A stretch of 64,000 nucleotides of DNA from Tubulanus polymorphus (taxonomy: Eukaryota > Animalia > Nemertea): the NCBI RefSeq assembly GCF_964204645.1, contig NC_134026.1, positions 29,608,150 to 29,672,149 of the forward strand, in the 5' to 3' direction. The notes beneath the pieces are model-generated. The model worked only from the letters and a program-made list of their open reading frames with translations. It was not told the DNA's origin and made no database searches. This document shows positions 42,201 through 57,930 of this stretch, piece by piece. Each line of letters opens with the position of its first letter. Position 1 is the first letter of the stretch. The position numbers and the translations under genes were made by a program.

Positions 42201-42519
42201 TTATCAGGTATAAAATCTAGATTTGTGTTGAGATGTTTGAAGAACCATGCCGCTCTTATATTCCTCGATATACGATATTCTTTTTTCATTAACAGGTACA
42301 CATGACCTGCTTCGACAACCTGTAAATATATCATCAATACAATAATCTCTCCTTTCAGCAGTTCGCAACAAACAGTGTCTCTGCTGCCAGGGCCAGTGCT
42401 GGTGTGGTGAACTGTCAGTGTCAGTTGTCAGTCAGTTAAACAAATCAGTTTTAAGACATTGGCATTTGATTGACAATACGTACTTCAGTTTCAGGTGGTT
42501 TAACCTCATTCTCCGCCAT
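13362..42519 (-). CDS. SZT2: KICSTOR complex scaffold SZT2, complete multi-exon gene
   Basis: ATG at 42519 (MAENE) splices to [31 protein letters not shown], matching the SZT2 N-terminus as I recall it ([24 protein letters not shown]). Later exons include [62 protein letters not shown]; last exon DLSAVYKEE...[16 protein letters not shown] ends 13362. Junctions checked were GT-AG and phase-compatible. Confidence 0.95.
15133..15270. mobile_element. PIF/Harbinger-type MITE in an SZT2 intron
   Basis: TIRs gggccagttgcacagtcgtgactta / taagccacgactatgcaaccggccc with CAG duplicated on both sides (CWG target typical of Harbinger); internal taagactggtctta repeats; partial second copy at ~36895-36948. 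Confidence 0.8.
17163..17666. mobile_element. Non-autonomous Helentron/HINE (DINE-1/pearl-like) element
   Basis: aaactaga at one end; about 1.7 internal tandem copies of a 146-bp unit (ttgcataatttatgcaaaatcaaaa at 17291 and 17437); (GGAC)n/(GAC)n microsatellite ~17588-17613; terminal hairpin agctccgctgaccttcggtcacagcggagct (17630-17660) followed by an A-run. Confidence 0.75.
17990..18262 (+). mobile_element. 5'-truncated L2/CR1-group LINE 3' end, antisense in an SZT2 intron
   Basis: 17992 onward translates [27 protein letters not shown] (typical ORF2 C-terminus LWN.LP..IR...S...F...LKT.LF), then tgtaaagcgctttagag...aaggcgctatataaat and an (AAT)n tail. Similar 3' motif at ~41008-41026. Confidence 0.8.
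20395..20442 (-). CDS. SZT2: Candidate SZT2 cassette micro-exon C (48 nt, phase 1-1): (V/M)[15 protein letters not shown]
   Basis: tatttgctatag|TG AAA GCA ... GCA G|gtaatg; open, multiple of 3, same phase as flanking exons. Confidence 0.65.
21238..21282 (-). CDS. SZT2: Candidate SZT2 cassette micro-exon B (45 nt, phase 1-1): [15 protein letters not shown]
   Basis: gttgatttttag|CT CCG CTC ... CGG A|gtaagt; open and frame-preserving. Confidence 0.65.
21407..21460 (-). CDS. SZT2: Candidate SZT2 cassette micro-exon A (54 nt, phase 1-1): [18 protein letters not shown]
   Basis: tttttatgatcag|GG ATT CAG ... GGG G|gtatgt; open and frame-preserving. Confidence 0.65.
28959..28989. repeat. (AGAAT)n pentanucleotide microsatellite
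   Basis: gtagaatagaatagaatagaatagaatagaaat seen directly. Confidence 0.9.
34830..34900 (+). mobile_element. tRNA-derived SINE head or tRNA pseudogene
   Basis: A-box-like TGGTCTAGTGG (34836-34846) and B-box GGTTCAAGTCC (34880-34890) at tRNA spacing, but no pairing acceptor stem. Confidence 0.6.
36081..36361. mobile_element. MITE with CAGGG termini
   Basis: Perfect 12-bp TIR cagggttcgtac / gtacgaaccctg, flanked by TA on both sides; internal ttttccagg repeats. Confidence 0.7.
40787..40872. mobile_element. Degenerate Harbinger-like MITE
   Basis: ggcccagtttcacaaaaaagtttaa versus ttaaacttttccataaaactgcacc imperfect TIR, preceded by CTG. Confidence 0.45.
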
Positions 42520-43067
42520 CACTCTGTCCCATGTGAATATCAATTATTCAATTTAACAGTTCTGAAAACACATTTCCATAATAAACCAAACCAGACCGTG
42601 AAACTTGTCAAAATCGACATTTTGTCTTGGCGCGCCGTCTAGTGTTTGTGTAGAGTAAACGTTAAAACGCGGATCTAAGAGTTGAAAGTTTCGGAACGCG
42701 CCTCGGACAAGGCGCACCATTACGCCCGGACCAGAAGCTCGGCAACACCGAAAAAGACAACGTGCGCTTCCATTTCGTACTCGATTGCTTTTTTTTTCAG
42801 AAAAAAAGATTGGTTGCATTCGTGACATGAATTGTATGGTAAGAAGCGATAAGCTGACATACCTTTGGAGTCAATCTGGTAGCAGGTACTACCCAGTGCG
42901 CGTTTTGGTTTGGTATCGTTATCTTTTGAATATTGCATTAGTTTTATTAAGAACGGATAATTTGCCATTTTTTGGGCAGGGTATTCTGGGAACCAATAGT
43001 CGAATAACCACGAAACTTCTGACGAGAGAATCGACATAAGTTCGAAACCCACTTTGGCAACCACTTT

Positions 43068-43250
43068 ATGCCGGCTCCCTCGATTGTCGCGATCAGCTCC
43101 GACACCGCTCCTAAACCCTCGATTGCCACAAGCAGCTCGGCCGACACCGCTCCTAAACCCTCGATTGCACGGTTTTACCGACAACATCAGTTCTTACCCT
43201 CGATTGCCACAATCGACCAGGTCTGACACTGGGCCTTAACCATCGATTGC
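43068..43250 (+). repeat. Degenerate GC-rich tandem repeat, 39-43 bp units
   Basis: Core ccctcgattg at 43077, 43116, 43158, 43197 and ccatcgattg at 43240; the first two units also share ccgacaccgctcctaaa. Confidence 0.85.
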
Positions 43251-46200
43251 GGCCATCATCAGTTGTCGCACTGCTACTACTTTGCCCCTGTCGAACTGCC
43301 GCACTAGGGACACCGCTCCGTCCGACACTGTTCGAAAAGCCCTGAATGAATTTATGCGCTTCGAAACATTCCGGGTCCTGTATCACCTTATTTGCCGTGC
43401 GATCTGGCGCGATGTACCGGGTCGGAATAAAGGATGTCTCGAATGACCGGGCAAGTAAATGGGCCTTGCGCAGGAGCAAGCGTCAGTGTCGGAAACTTAC
43501 TGCGGCCAGTTGCATCCATCCAACTAACGAATCGACCTCCTGAACCTGGATCGAGAAACATTTCCAATGTTTCAGGGTGAAAAACTGAAGTTGAAATTTT
43601 ACTCTCAGCTCAGTGGAACCGAGAGCCGTAATAAGCAATTGCTTGGGTGCCGACGTAGACCCAGTGATTCGCATAAGTCGTAGGATTCTACCACGATGTT
43701 GGTAAATAGTAACAGTTGTTACTAAAGGTTAAGTAGTTATTGCTCCTCAGCGATTATGTTGTACGGGTTAATTAGACAGATCGGTGCTATATGTGTCTAG
43801 TCTGGCGTCTTTGTGTCGCCACCTACAAAAATACTCATTTCTACAGCCACGATGTCTGAAACTCGTCTGTACGAAGAGGAACATAAACTCAGTATCACCA
43901 GCAATTATTGTAGACCCTATCGCGAGCGTTTTGGAAAAGAAAAAAGTTTTGTTGTTTATCCTAAAAATATTCAGCTTTTAGAAAATAAAGTTTACAAACT
44001 CCACCGGAATTTTTATGGACTGCGGAACTCTTTTTCGTCGTTCGATTGAAAAAAACTGTCTGTTAATTCTTTTTCCCGCCTTTAACTGATTAGTTATCGC
44101 AGTAATAAAACTACTGGCGCGCAGTTACATTGCTCATCGATTAGTTAAATAACTTCAAACAATCTGCATTTCTAATGGGGCAATTATGTACCATGACAAG
44201 CATGGCGCCAGCTAGTTGGCATCTTCCGACTTCACAGGAATGTATGCGCGCACGATTTGTTATAACATAAGAACGGTCGGGCAGAAAGTTACTTTCATCG
44301 TTCAAGCTTGCAGTTAAAACATTTCTACAGAAAAAGCGTTTTCAAATTGCTGTTATGTTTAAAGAAAAATATTTAAGAATGAAATCGTGGAATTGCGCAA
44401 CGCGATCAGAAACGTATCAAATGATAATGAAAAGAATGAGAGGATTTACGCCAGTTTCTTCCTTTTACAAAATAAAATTTTCCTTAAAATAAATAGAGAC
44501 GAAAAAAGGAACCATTTATTGCAGCTGAATCTGGATGTGAATAGTCTGTGACGGCCATGTACCGGTAGTTGTGTATTATTGTCGCAGGGAGGTGCGCTGG
44601 TGTTATTAAGCTAGACTGGGACAGGTTTGATCTCGACCCGCATACAGCGAACACAGCGATACAAAATATCACAAGAGTCGCCAGTATTTTGTTTATTTGG
44701 TCTGATTTACAGTTTCGGTCAACAAATTCGTGTGTACCCGTTCGGTAGGCGATGCGCCGGTTTGAACCTCGACGTCCGTGAGTCTGTTCGCGCGGCAATA
44801 TTTATTACTAATGACTGTATACTTTGCGTGGCGTCTTACAAACGCATAATTACTAGAATCACAATTAGCTACCGTTATCTTCAAGCTGCGCACTAAATAT
44901 ATGAAACAATTTTCTGGTCTCGGTGTATGCCTTGTTTATAAACAGATGTTGGCGTGAGTTTGTTTAATTCTCATCAGGGGTAACTAGATAGGTAAACAGT
45001 TTGTTTAACATGTCATCAACTCATAGCTGAGGTAAGATAAATGGAAGTAGCTGTAGCGACTCGTCTGAGAGACCCTGATCTCCACGTGTCGGCGACGGGA
45101 GGTTAGAATAACCTGGCTCCATCCTGCTGTTTGTAACATTCGTATAAAAAAAACAGATACATCATTTCTCGACTGAAGCTTATTTTGCGGTTGTTGATTG
45201 ATGGATAGATAACGAATTAGTCGCTTGTAAAACACTTTACAATCTCAGAATCAAAACTCACCTATACCATCGACTCCGTGCATATACTCTCCAGCACTTA
45301 ATCAAAATAATGAATTTCATCGTCATATGCATTGTTTCCCAGAATATAAAGAATCGCTTTAACTTTCGGTATGAAACGTTGAGGATAAAGAAGTTGTGTG
45401 AATGGAATGATTTTTACTCGTAAAACATTAAAAGACATAAACGTTTTGAGACGAGATTGAAAATGGAATCAGTTGGGTTTTCGCGAACATTCTTTCGAAG
45501 AGAATTCTGTAATGCTCAGATTCGGCGCTCCAAATAAACACACGATTTTTTTTTAGTAATGAGCGATTGTGAACATCTAATTTACGGAAGCTCACCTTTG
45601 AGAGCGAATAGCCGTCAAGCTCATATAAAACTATTATCGGTTGCTTTATTACTTCCAAACTCAGTGGGATATGACTTCCTTAAATACAGCTATTCATTGA
45701 AAATTACGGCTCTATTTCTCTCAAAGAGCAATCGTGCGTTATTTGTTCAAGTTTTAAAATTGCTTCTCGTGCAGTAATTATGAGATTATTTGATTTTCTA
45801 AACGCAGTTAAGTGATCCTACCATGAAACATTCATTATTACAACGCTTAATGCTAAGCACACAATCAATTCAGATTTCAGTTTACCGAATCGGGGCTAAT
45901 ATGAACTTTCTCTCCGCATGAAGTAACCGATATTGGATTCGACTGCGATATTGCTTTCTTTATAGCCATATTATCTCATTAGGTGCTATTAGTTCTGTAA
46001 GAAATTGGTAATAGTCAATTTGAAGGCACAGCGTTTCGCGTACAATGCTCTAAATTGCATAAATGACACAAACCGGATGTTCTGAGTAGCCATGCTAACC
46101 ACGTGATTATTTCTCCAGGCTTATCACTACTTCCGGCGCGTGTATTGCAGGCGTAATCGAGCGGCTATGAGATTATTGTGACTGTAATTGAATCGAAAAC

Positions 46201-49200
46201 GATTCTTTACATTTACTTATTAATGGGATTATAATGAAAACTTTATACACATACAGTTCGCCCGTTCGCGTTTGGTAGGGCGCCTTTATTACTGGCACGG
46301 ACAGCGCTAATTACCCTGTTATTGGAGACTTTTCAGAAATACAGGACATTCGGTCAAATCATTGTTCCTATTCCACGTGATTAAACATCGACATCGGAAC
46401 TCCCGTTGTGCCTTAGATTTCAATTGAAGCCGTTTACAATTGAATTTTAATTGCAATCGCACGAAATCTCAATTGCACGTCAGTAGGCTGTCCGGGTAGT
46501 GACCAAATTCTACTGCTCCAAGGCTTTGTGCTTGTATATAGCATATATAAACACCATCCACAACCCGAACGTTTTGAAGTTGGGATGAAAAGTTTTAAAT
46601 GTATCTTAACAATGATACGAATATTTCCTTTTCGTAGCTATCGTGACTAAAATGTGAAAAGAATAGACTTTTGAAAAAATCAGAAATTAAGAGATATAGA
46701 ATTGAGTCTTTTATTTAGTTGTTCTCACACTAGAGATTGGATGCATTACTAGGAAAAACTTCAAAGTAAAACCGTCTTTATATTTGGAGAACTAGCAGAC
46801 ACGTCTATACGAGACGGCTAGATTTAAATACCGGTTCAGAAACTTCGGTAATTGATACCCTCTCATTAAAATAATCATATATTCATGCTCGATTTGATTA
46901 GTGAAGAGTCTCGACGTGTAGTATGCCTCCGCGTCTCCAAAACTACCATGTATCATTTGTATTATTATAATTGTTAACTCCTCCATTAAATTGTATTGAA
47001 ATTATCTCGACAGAGCGTTTGGGAAGCCCTTTAGGCGCTCATGATTTTGACTCCGCGTATTCAACAGGAATGAAATGTTAAGGAATTAAACCAATTATAC
47101 ATGAATTGATCGGATAAGGGTCCGTGATTGTCGTTACAATGGGCCACTTATAGTCAGGGATAAATGGTAGCTACGGTTTTCGACGGGAAAAAATTGCTGG
47201 ACAGAATTGTAATTCTAGAGACTCGTTCAAGCCGTAACAAATATCGCATAAATTACGAGGCAAACTGTTCTCGAGTCATTGCAGTGTGAGGGTTAGTGAA
47301 TAGAAACCCGCTCAGTTTGGTGCCGCGTAGACGCGCTCGGCTAGCACAACACAACAATAAACATTTACAAATTTCCACCAATTTTTCAATCGGTTTCGAA
47401 TAATAACAAGTTAGCTAAAGTTTGCCTCATTAATCTTCGAGGCTTTTTCATACACACCAATACAGATTTCTAAAGGCCGTTGTTTTCTGATGAATGCTTA
47501 GTATTTCACGCCACAATAAATTTCGGTTTCAAACTTTACAACCCTGTAATTTGCCCAGAGCGATTCAAACAAGAGATCTTATCGCATCTATTTTGTCGCT
47601 CCTTGCCCTTATCCATATGTCGAAGAATTGAGATAAATTTATGCGCGAACGGTCGGCCTTAATCTCATCAAAATTCATAGCACGTCTGCGGCCCTAGAAC
47701 GTAATTATACTTCAGTAAGTACACCTTATTGTATATACATCTAAAAAAAACAGGCGATAAGATAGCGATCTGACGCTTCGCTTTGACAAAATAACGATCA
47801 CAATCTAGCGGTAGATATTATAAATGCACGGCAGTAAAACTGTCGTGCGATCCAAGAAATATGGAGAGAAAAGTTTTGTTCATTCTTAACATACGTACGG
47901 AAAAATCTTACTATCCTGAACATAAGTGTATATAATAAGAGTAATCCGGAAACACAGATATTTTAGCCTAGCATCCTTGCTGAAATATTCGTATTTAAGA
48001 ATAAAAGGTAGGCTCCTATCGATAGTAATTCGTGATTAATTTATCAATCATCACCGGAGGCGCGTCATCGCGATACGGGAACTGTTTCGAAAATTAACGC
48101 GGGAAAATGAAATAAAGATCGGTATATGGTAGAGATGTAGGTCACAGACATCAATTTTGACCAATCATCTCCCATCTGGGTCTTTCATTGGCGAATTTAG
48201 AAATCTTTTTCAGGGACATTTTTTTCGGTAGTCTGTGCCATGTGCTAAGATCGTGCATTTTCTTTAGATCCGGAAAGCGTCTTCGTATGTTTCATTATCT
48301 TTTTGGACCAGTGGCATAACGTTTTGTTTTCAATGGTGCCGGTTAGGTCTGGGCCCAGTTCTCGTGGGAATGACCTGATACACCTCGCTGTCTGTTTTCA
48401 TCGGACCAGAAACATTTTCTGTTCGCTTTAGTAATTTCTTATTTCTTATAGCTGTCACTATACATGTATAGTGGAATTGTATTTAGTATTTTTGACATGT
48501 TTTATTGAAGACTGGCCCCTCCCAGGTCTCCGGCGGTGGCTCCACGTGTTTCCAGCTCAGTTACCAATCCACATTGCTCCAAAAACATGTCATCTTATCT
48601 GAAGCGAGATTTTGACAAATGACCTACGTTGCACCAACCCGTCGCAGTAAGTTTGACACCGATGCGGGGCGACCAGCCGCCTGAGAAGTGAATGCTATTG
48701 TAACCAGTATGATCGGTGTCTGGAGCCCGCTTATCAGCAAATACAAGACGCTGTAAAGCGCCCTGCAAAACTAATTCCTTTTCTTCCCGGTGACATTTTC
48801 GAATCGTTTTATGCAATCAAAGATTAGTAGCAATAAACGCTAGCAATTACCGGGCCGCACTCAATGCGCATAGGATCCAAAACGAAATAAATCTTTAATT
48901 TCGCAGAATTCGCACAGGGACCTATTTGATTACATGCTGGCTTCCAAGCGAAGCGAGCTCAATGAACCAAACAAGCCAAGATGCCGTAAGGTTAAGTGCA
49001 AGAAGATCGTAGATTTTATGGGCCATAGGTTTAGCGTCGCGTTTTCCGATGGCGGTTGATTTACGTATGGACTAGTTGGCGCTATCTCAAGTTATCAGGT
49101 CCGCTACGGTGCGTAACTTAACTAATGATTCGACACCTAGTAATTGCGTCTGTTAATTTCGCCAGTAAAATCCTCGTTACGTCGATATGGTCGCCGAGAG

Positions 49201-49312
49201 AACGAAAAAAGAAATCCGAGAAAGAAAAATTTCTTTTTCATTCCCCGGGGACGTGAATAGAAATAATCCACGCACATTCAACAGCGCACGTATCGCATTC
49301 TTAAATAAACTC

Positions 49313-49478
49313 CGAACCCCGTTCGACAGTTGTGAGTTAGAGTCAACTCGAGTTAAAATCAGGTTCATTTTTAGAAGTCAGTTCCTCTGTTATGAGTTAG
49401 AGTTAAATCTGAGCGAGTTGAGATTTCAATGAATTAACTCTGAATCAAATCCGAACACAGAACTGTAGAACTGGATCC
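49313..49478. mobile_element. Degenerate Harbinger-like MITE
   Basis: gaaccccgttcgacagtt versus aactgtagaactggatcc imperfect TIR; internal tgagttagagt repeats; followed by CTG-like flank. Confidence 0.5.
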
Positions 49479-52400
49479 TGTTTAAGAGGAGCGAAGAAAC
49501 CACAAACAGCTTTACAAACATAAACATAGAGAATGAAAACTCGTTTAGTAGTTTTCAATATAAGAGTTATAGATGTGCAGTAAAACAGCGGGTATATCAT
49601 TATCTTTGACCAATGACTTGTTGTTATCGGTCGTTCATGCTCGCCCGCAGTTTTACCGACAATTCCATTGAAATCATCGCGAATTAATTTCAGATAAGCG
49701 TTTAATAAATTCGATATTACTTCACGGTTATTGCGCGCTCAATATTGGTCGAAAGAAATCATTGCTCAGCGTGACGCCTGTGATTGGTTCAGCAGATTTA
49801 TTACAGTCGCTTGTGATAAGTCATGTAGCTTTAGCCCAATTACCAATATTTCACTAAACGAGCACTAACTGCAGTATTACTCCATCGAGATGATAGAACC
49901 TTCGTGCTGATCCGACAGCTTCGTGGTTGCCTCATAAAATTGCAAATCGGCACCTCGTGATGTTGGCAATAACGATTCGACTATCGCGCAGGAAATTAAG
50001 ACGAAATCATTCTTCTATCGATAAGAAATAGTAGAAGAAATTGCCTCGGCGAGGAAATTCGATTCTAGTCGTATAAAAGACGACGGGGCGGGATTGTGAG
50101 CGTCGAATTAACTTCGGCGTTCTTATCAGCTAATGGGAGAGAATAAATTACAAATTTATTATTTAAATATTCACAGATAAGCCATCCCAGCAATACGCAA
50201 CTGATAAGAAGGACTTCTCTCTTCTTATCGATTCCGGTTGCCAGTAAAAGACGGTGGCGATACGAACTCGGGAATCAAATTAAATCCTAGTCGAATGGTG
50301 GTTTTATCTGTTGGTTGATCCGGTATCGGCTGAGCGACTATTGTCCCGGAGACATATTACGGCTTTTTGAAGCTTAATGCATCACAATGAAGTGGCTGCA
50401 TATTTAGCAGCAGTTATCCTCTGCGAAATCTTTGCAAGACGGCTCGCCGCGTTCACAGAAAATGAAAACTTTATCTGATAGAAGAAAGTGTTTCCTCTCT
50501 TTAATTAATTTCGTTATTGATTTGGTTTATAGACGTGAGATTTATTGGTAAGTAGTGACGTTCTTTACGCACGGGGGTTACACGAAAGGTCGCCGAATGA
50601 GCGTTTTTTCTATCAAATTCCTTCTCAGTTTCATTTACTAATTTATTCAAATCTGAGCCAACGCACAAAGATATCACACGTCAGGTCTTTATCATTATTT
50701 CTTCTACCAAAATATACTGATAGACCTCAATGTTTACAATATATGGACCACTTAGGTTACTTTGCTGCACGTTCTTCTAAAAGGGCCGTAAAAGCGCTGT
50801 AAATCTGTATGTGTTCAGAGTAATTAACGTACCGTTAACGTTATCATTTGCAACCAGGTAAAAGGTTTGATCGACTAATTAACCATCTAACTATTTACAT
50901 TCTAATCTACCCTACACCCAGCTGTCTGCTAGTGCAGTATAGAGCTTATTAACTTCACTCATATATATGCTGTTTAACTATTACGTCTTTATTTATAAAT
51001 ATTTTAATTAAACAATCTGCGTCGACTAATATTTGATATGATATAAACTAGCAAATAAACATCTGCTAGCATTTTAACTAATCGCAACATCTGGAATTAC
51101 ATAATTAAGTTAAACCATAATTAAACGCCCAGTAACTCGCGAGACAACTTTCTTGATAAGTTTCACTTTTTAAAAAAACTAAAATACTAAAATTTTGCGG
51201 TAGATTTAATTCGAAGATTTTATTTCTACGATCAGCAAACTTACGTAGCATTTTTTATTACGTATGATATGACACGATAATTGATTTGAACACTAGCAAG
51301 ATCGGCGTCTCTTGAATTATACACACTGTTGTTTTTCAGTGTGAAATAGAATCAGTTAGCAGTAAAACGTGACACGAATCTCAGTTTACAATAGTGTAAA
51401 ACATTGCCATTTTATTATCAGTTTCACAGATGTCGCCAATTCAATAAGAATTCGCTATCTGAGTTGCTCGTCTGAATTTCTGATTAGTTTTCATTACATT
51501 ATCCTATCTTGCAGCTCATTTACTGTCTTTAAACTGTCAATTAAAACGATGTCGTTACAATTATCAGTGGTTCTCATCATTCTTTCACTGTCGTCGGTAA
51601 TATGTTTTTAGTCATGTGTCTTGCGTTAGTAATGAGCTCTCTGACATCACTTGCCACAGGCGCCATCAACGCCGGCTGGTTTCTGGATGAAGAAACTGCA
51701 GCTCCAACAACTTACACCTCGAAATAAGAGACACATTTCCCCGAAAGATCTGAATGTTAAATCATATCAAAGTTTCCCAATACGATAATATATGAACTGT
51801 CTTTGTAAATTCCTGGTCTGAATAAGAAAGCAAGATGGGCATTTGATACAGAGCTGATATATCATATTGTTTGTAAATAGAGCTGGTCAATTGACTAGTC
51901 AATACAACGAATGACCAGACAATGATTCTAACTCAATACAGCAATAGTGAAACCTGGGTTTGAATCCTTTTTCGAGTATTCGGTTAGGAGTTTTATTTTT
52001 CATAGAATATGATTTTTTTTTCAAACAGTGTGAAAAAAATTATTCTTTTTGAATAAAGAAATGCCCCTTGATAGTCTAGCTGAAAACTATCGTAAAACTA
52101 ATAGTTCGTAGTAGAAGTTCTACGTTACTTGTCGACACGGACTCAATCAACACAGCCGGTAATGTTATCGCCTGACTAATTATTGTGTCGTTTATTTTAC
52201 AGCAAAAAGTTTTTACTCATAGTCTACTTGTAACTGCTGCTGCTACTGTTATCAATGGATTAACTATGCGCCAATGGAAGACATGGTAATAATTTGCAGG
52301 GATTACAGTCGACTTGTGTTATATCTGATTGGAGCCGAGCTGTTACTGGCGCCTTGTCTGCTACTAAACTTTCCCAGAACACAAACTCAAACGTTTCTAT

Positions 52401-53810
52401 AACCCGACACATCGGATTCATCCTGTTTTTTTAAGGAAATTGTTCGATACTAAATAATGTCAATATCGTGTGCGTATGATTAGAAACAGCTTCCTACATT
52501 CGCAGTTTTGTTACTTGCGGTTCACTGGTGACGTCGGCGTCGAGTTTCAGTCGCGTGATTATTCGAAATATCATTATTACTAATAACTGAATACATTATC
52601 ATCATATCATACAATATTCTCAAACAGCGTGTCAAAATATATGTCCACCAGCGATTCCCATTCACCGTTTTATGCTTCCTTCTAAGAAGTCCACCAAAAA
52701 AGTTTTGAAATATTTTCTATGTTCTTTCATGTGCAGAAAAAATATAGGCAAGCGCAAAATTGTGTATTACGTCGTTAAGTATACGTGTATATACTGAGAG
52801 AGAAAGGATCTGCAATCCTAAAGTTCTAACAAGCATGAAATGAGTTGTACATGAACCATTTAATTTTCTCGTTGACCCCAGGCAGAGGAATGGCGGCAAA
52901 TTTTATCTGAGTCGTAACATTAACGAAGACAAAAACGATTAGTACCGATGCGATATCATGCGGTAAATTAACTTCACTCATTAATAATACACTAGAGACA
53001 GTGTAAATGAGTGAACTGGGAAAAATTGACTGACAAATTGATTTCTTGGGACGTATGGCGTTTGTACGATACCACACTCAGCCGCCGTCTGAGCAGCCGA
53101 TTGTAACAAACTTCTGAAAACCTGAATGAGTTTTACACGGAGACAATGAGACGACGTTCGATACACGATAACAGCTCAACGGAAATTTGGCCTCCATTTG
53201 ACACCCTCGTGAACAAAAAAAAATCATCTCCAGCTCCGAAATACCGGAACTAAAGTAAACGTTGCGTTTAAACACTGTCGAATTGAGAGAAAATTAATAG
53301 CGATTTGGTTCATGAAGAAATTGTGAAAAATATTCATCCAAAAACAATCGTATCATGAATAGACTTGATTAAAACATCGTTATGCATTTTATGATATAGT
53401 TTAATATATATTCACAACATTTACAACAATTTTGAATTATTTACAAATAAATCCAGGATCGTTTAGCACATATCACAGAAACTCAAGATTGTTTGTTAGA
53501 AGTTTTTCGGTAATCTTTTACATTCCGATTAGTGCTATACTTTTAAGGAACACATTGAAGGTAGAGATACATATAATTTGACGAAAAATAAATCTATGAT
53601 TTTCAGATCTATCGGTTTGTAGATACGAAAGATTTCCTTAGAAAACTAATGCAGATCAAATCTGTCGCAGTTTATTGCGATCGTTCGCCAAGTTCAAGCG
53701 TTCGTGTTTTGTCAAATGTCGCCATAATAAACTAACAGCTGATAAATCAATCTTTTCAACAATCGGCGGGCCTTAGTAACTAATATCCATTGTTTCTAAG
53801 TCATTCATTG

Positions 53811-57624
<3,814 letters not shown>

Positions 57625-57739
57625 AGCGAGATAGTTATGAGTGAAAATCAACGACTGTGGATAACTTTCGAGCAGGCGCTAAGATCATAAACTGATTTGT
57701 GGCATCCGATTACTCCGGATAATAAAGAGAGAACTCTCT

Positions 57740-57930
57740 TTGACACCGGAACTGACGTCACAAGAAGGCTCGATTTAATTGGATAGCCGCTAAATGAGGG
57801 ATAATAGCTGTTAAATTGTTTGTTTATAGGTAACAGCCACTTATAGCGTATTGTATCATTGTGAAGTCGGGTAATTGCTCCAGTAAGCGACGCTGATTGG
57901 CTGAGAGTGACGGCCGTATTACCAATGTTA
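57740..57930 (-). promoter_or_regulatory. Msx proximal promoter/5' region motifs
   Basis: Perfect CRE palindrome TGACGTCA at 57754-57761, CCAAT boxes (gattgg ~57895; ccaat ~57921) and TAATT homeodomain sites upstream of the ATG; the TSS is unknown. Confidence 0.4.

Noticed and set aside
43068-43250. CRISPR-like pattern (short conserved core with variable intervening sequence)
   Set aside because: Core is only ~10 bp, the 'spacers' resemble each other, there are no cas genes and the context is an animal genome; it is a degenerate minisatellite.
43153-43674. Two in-frame minus-strand ORFs separated by one TGA (selenocysteine or readthrough)
   Set aside because: No recognisable domain, no Cys-like context or SECIS seen; open frames are expected in this GC-richer patch.
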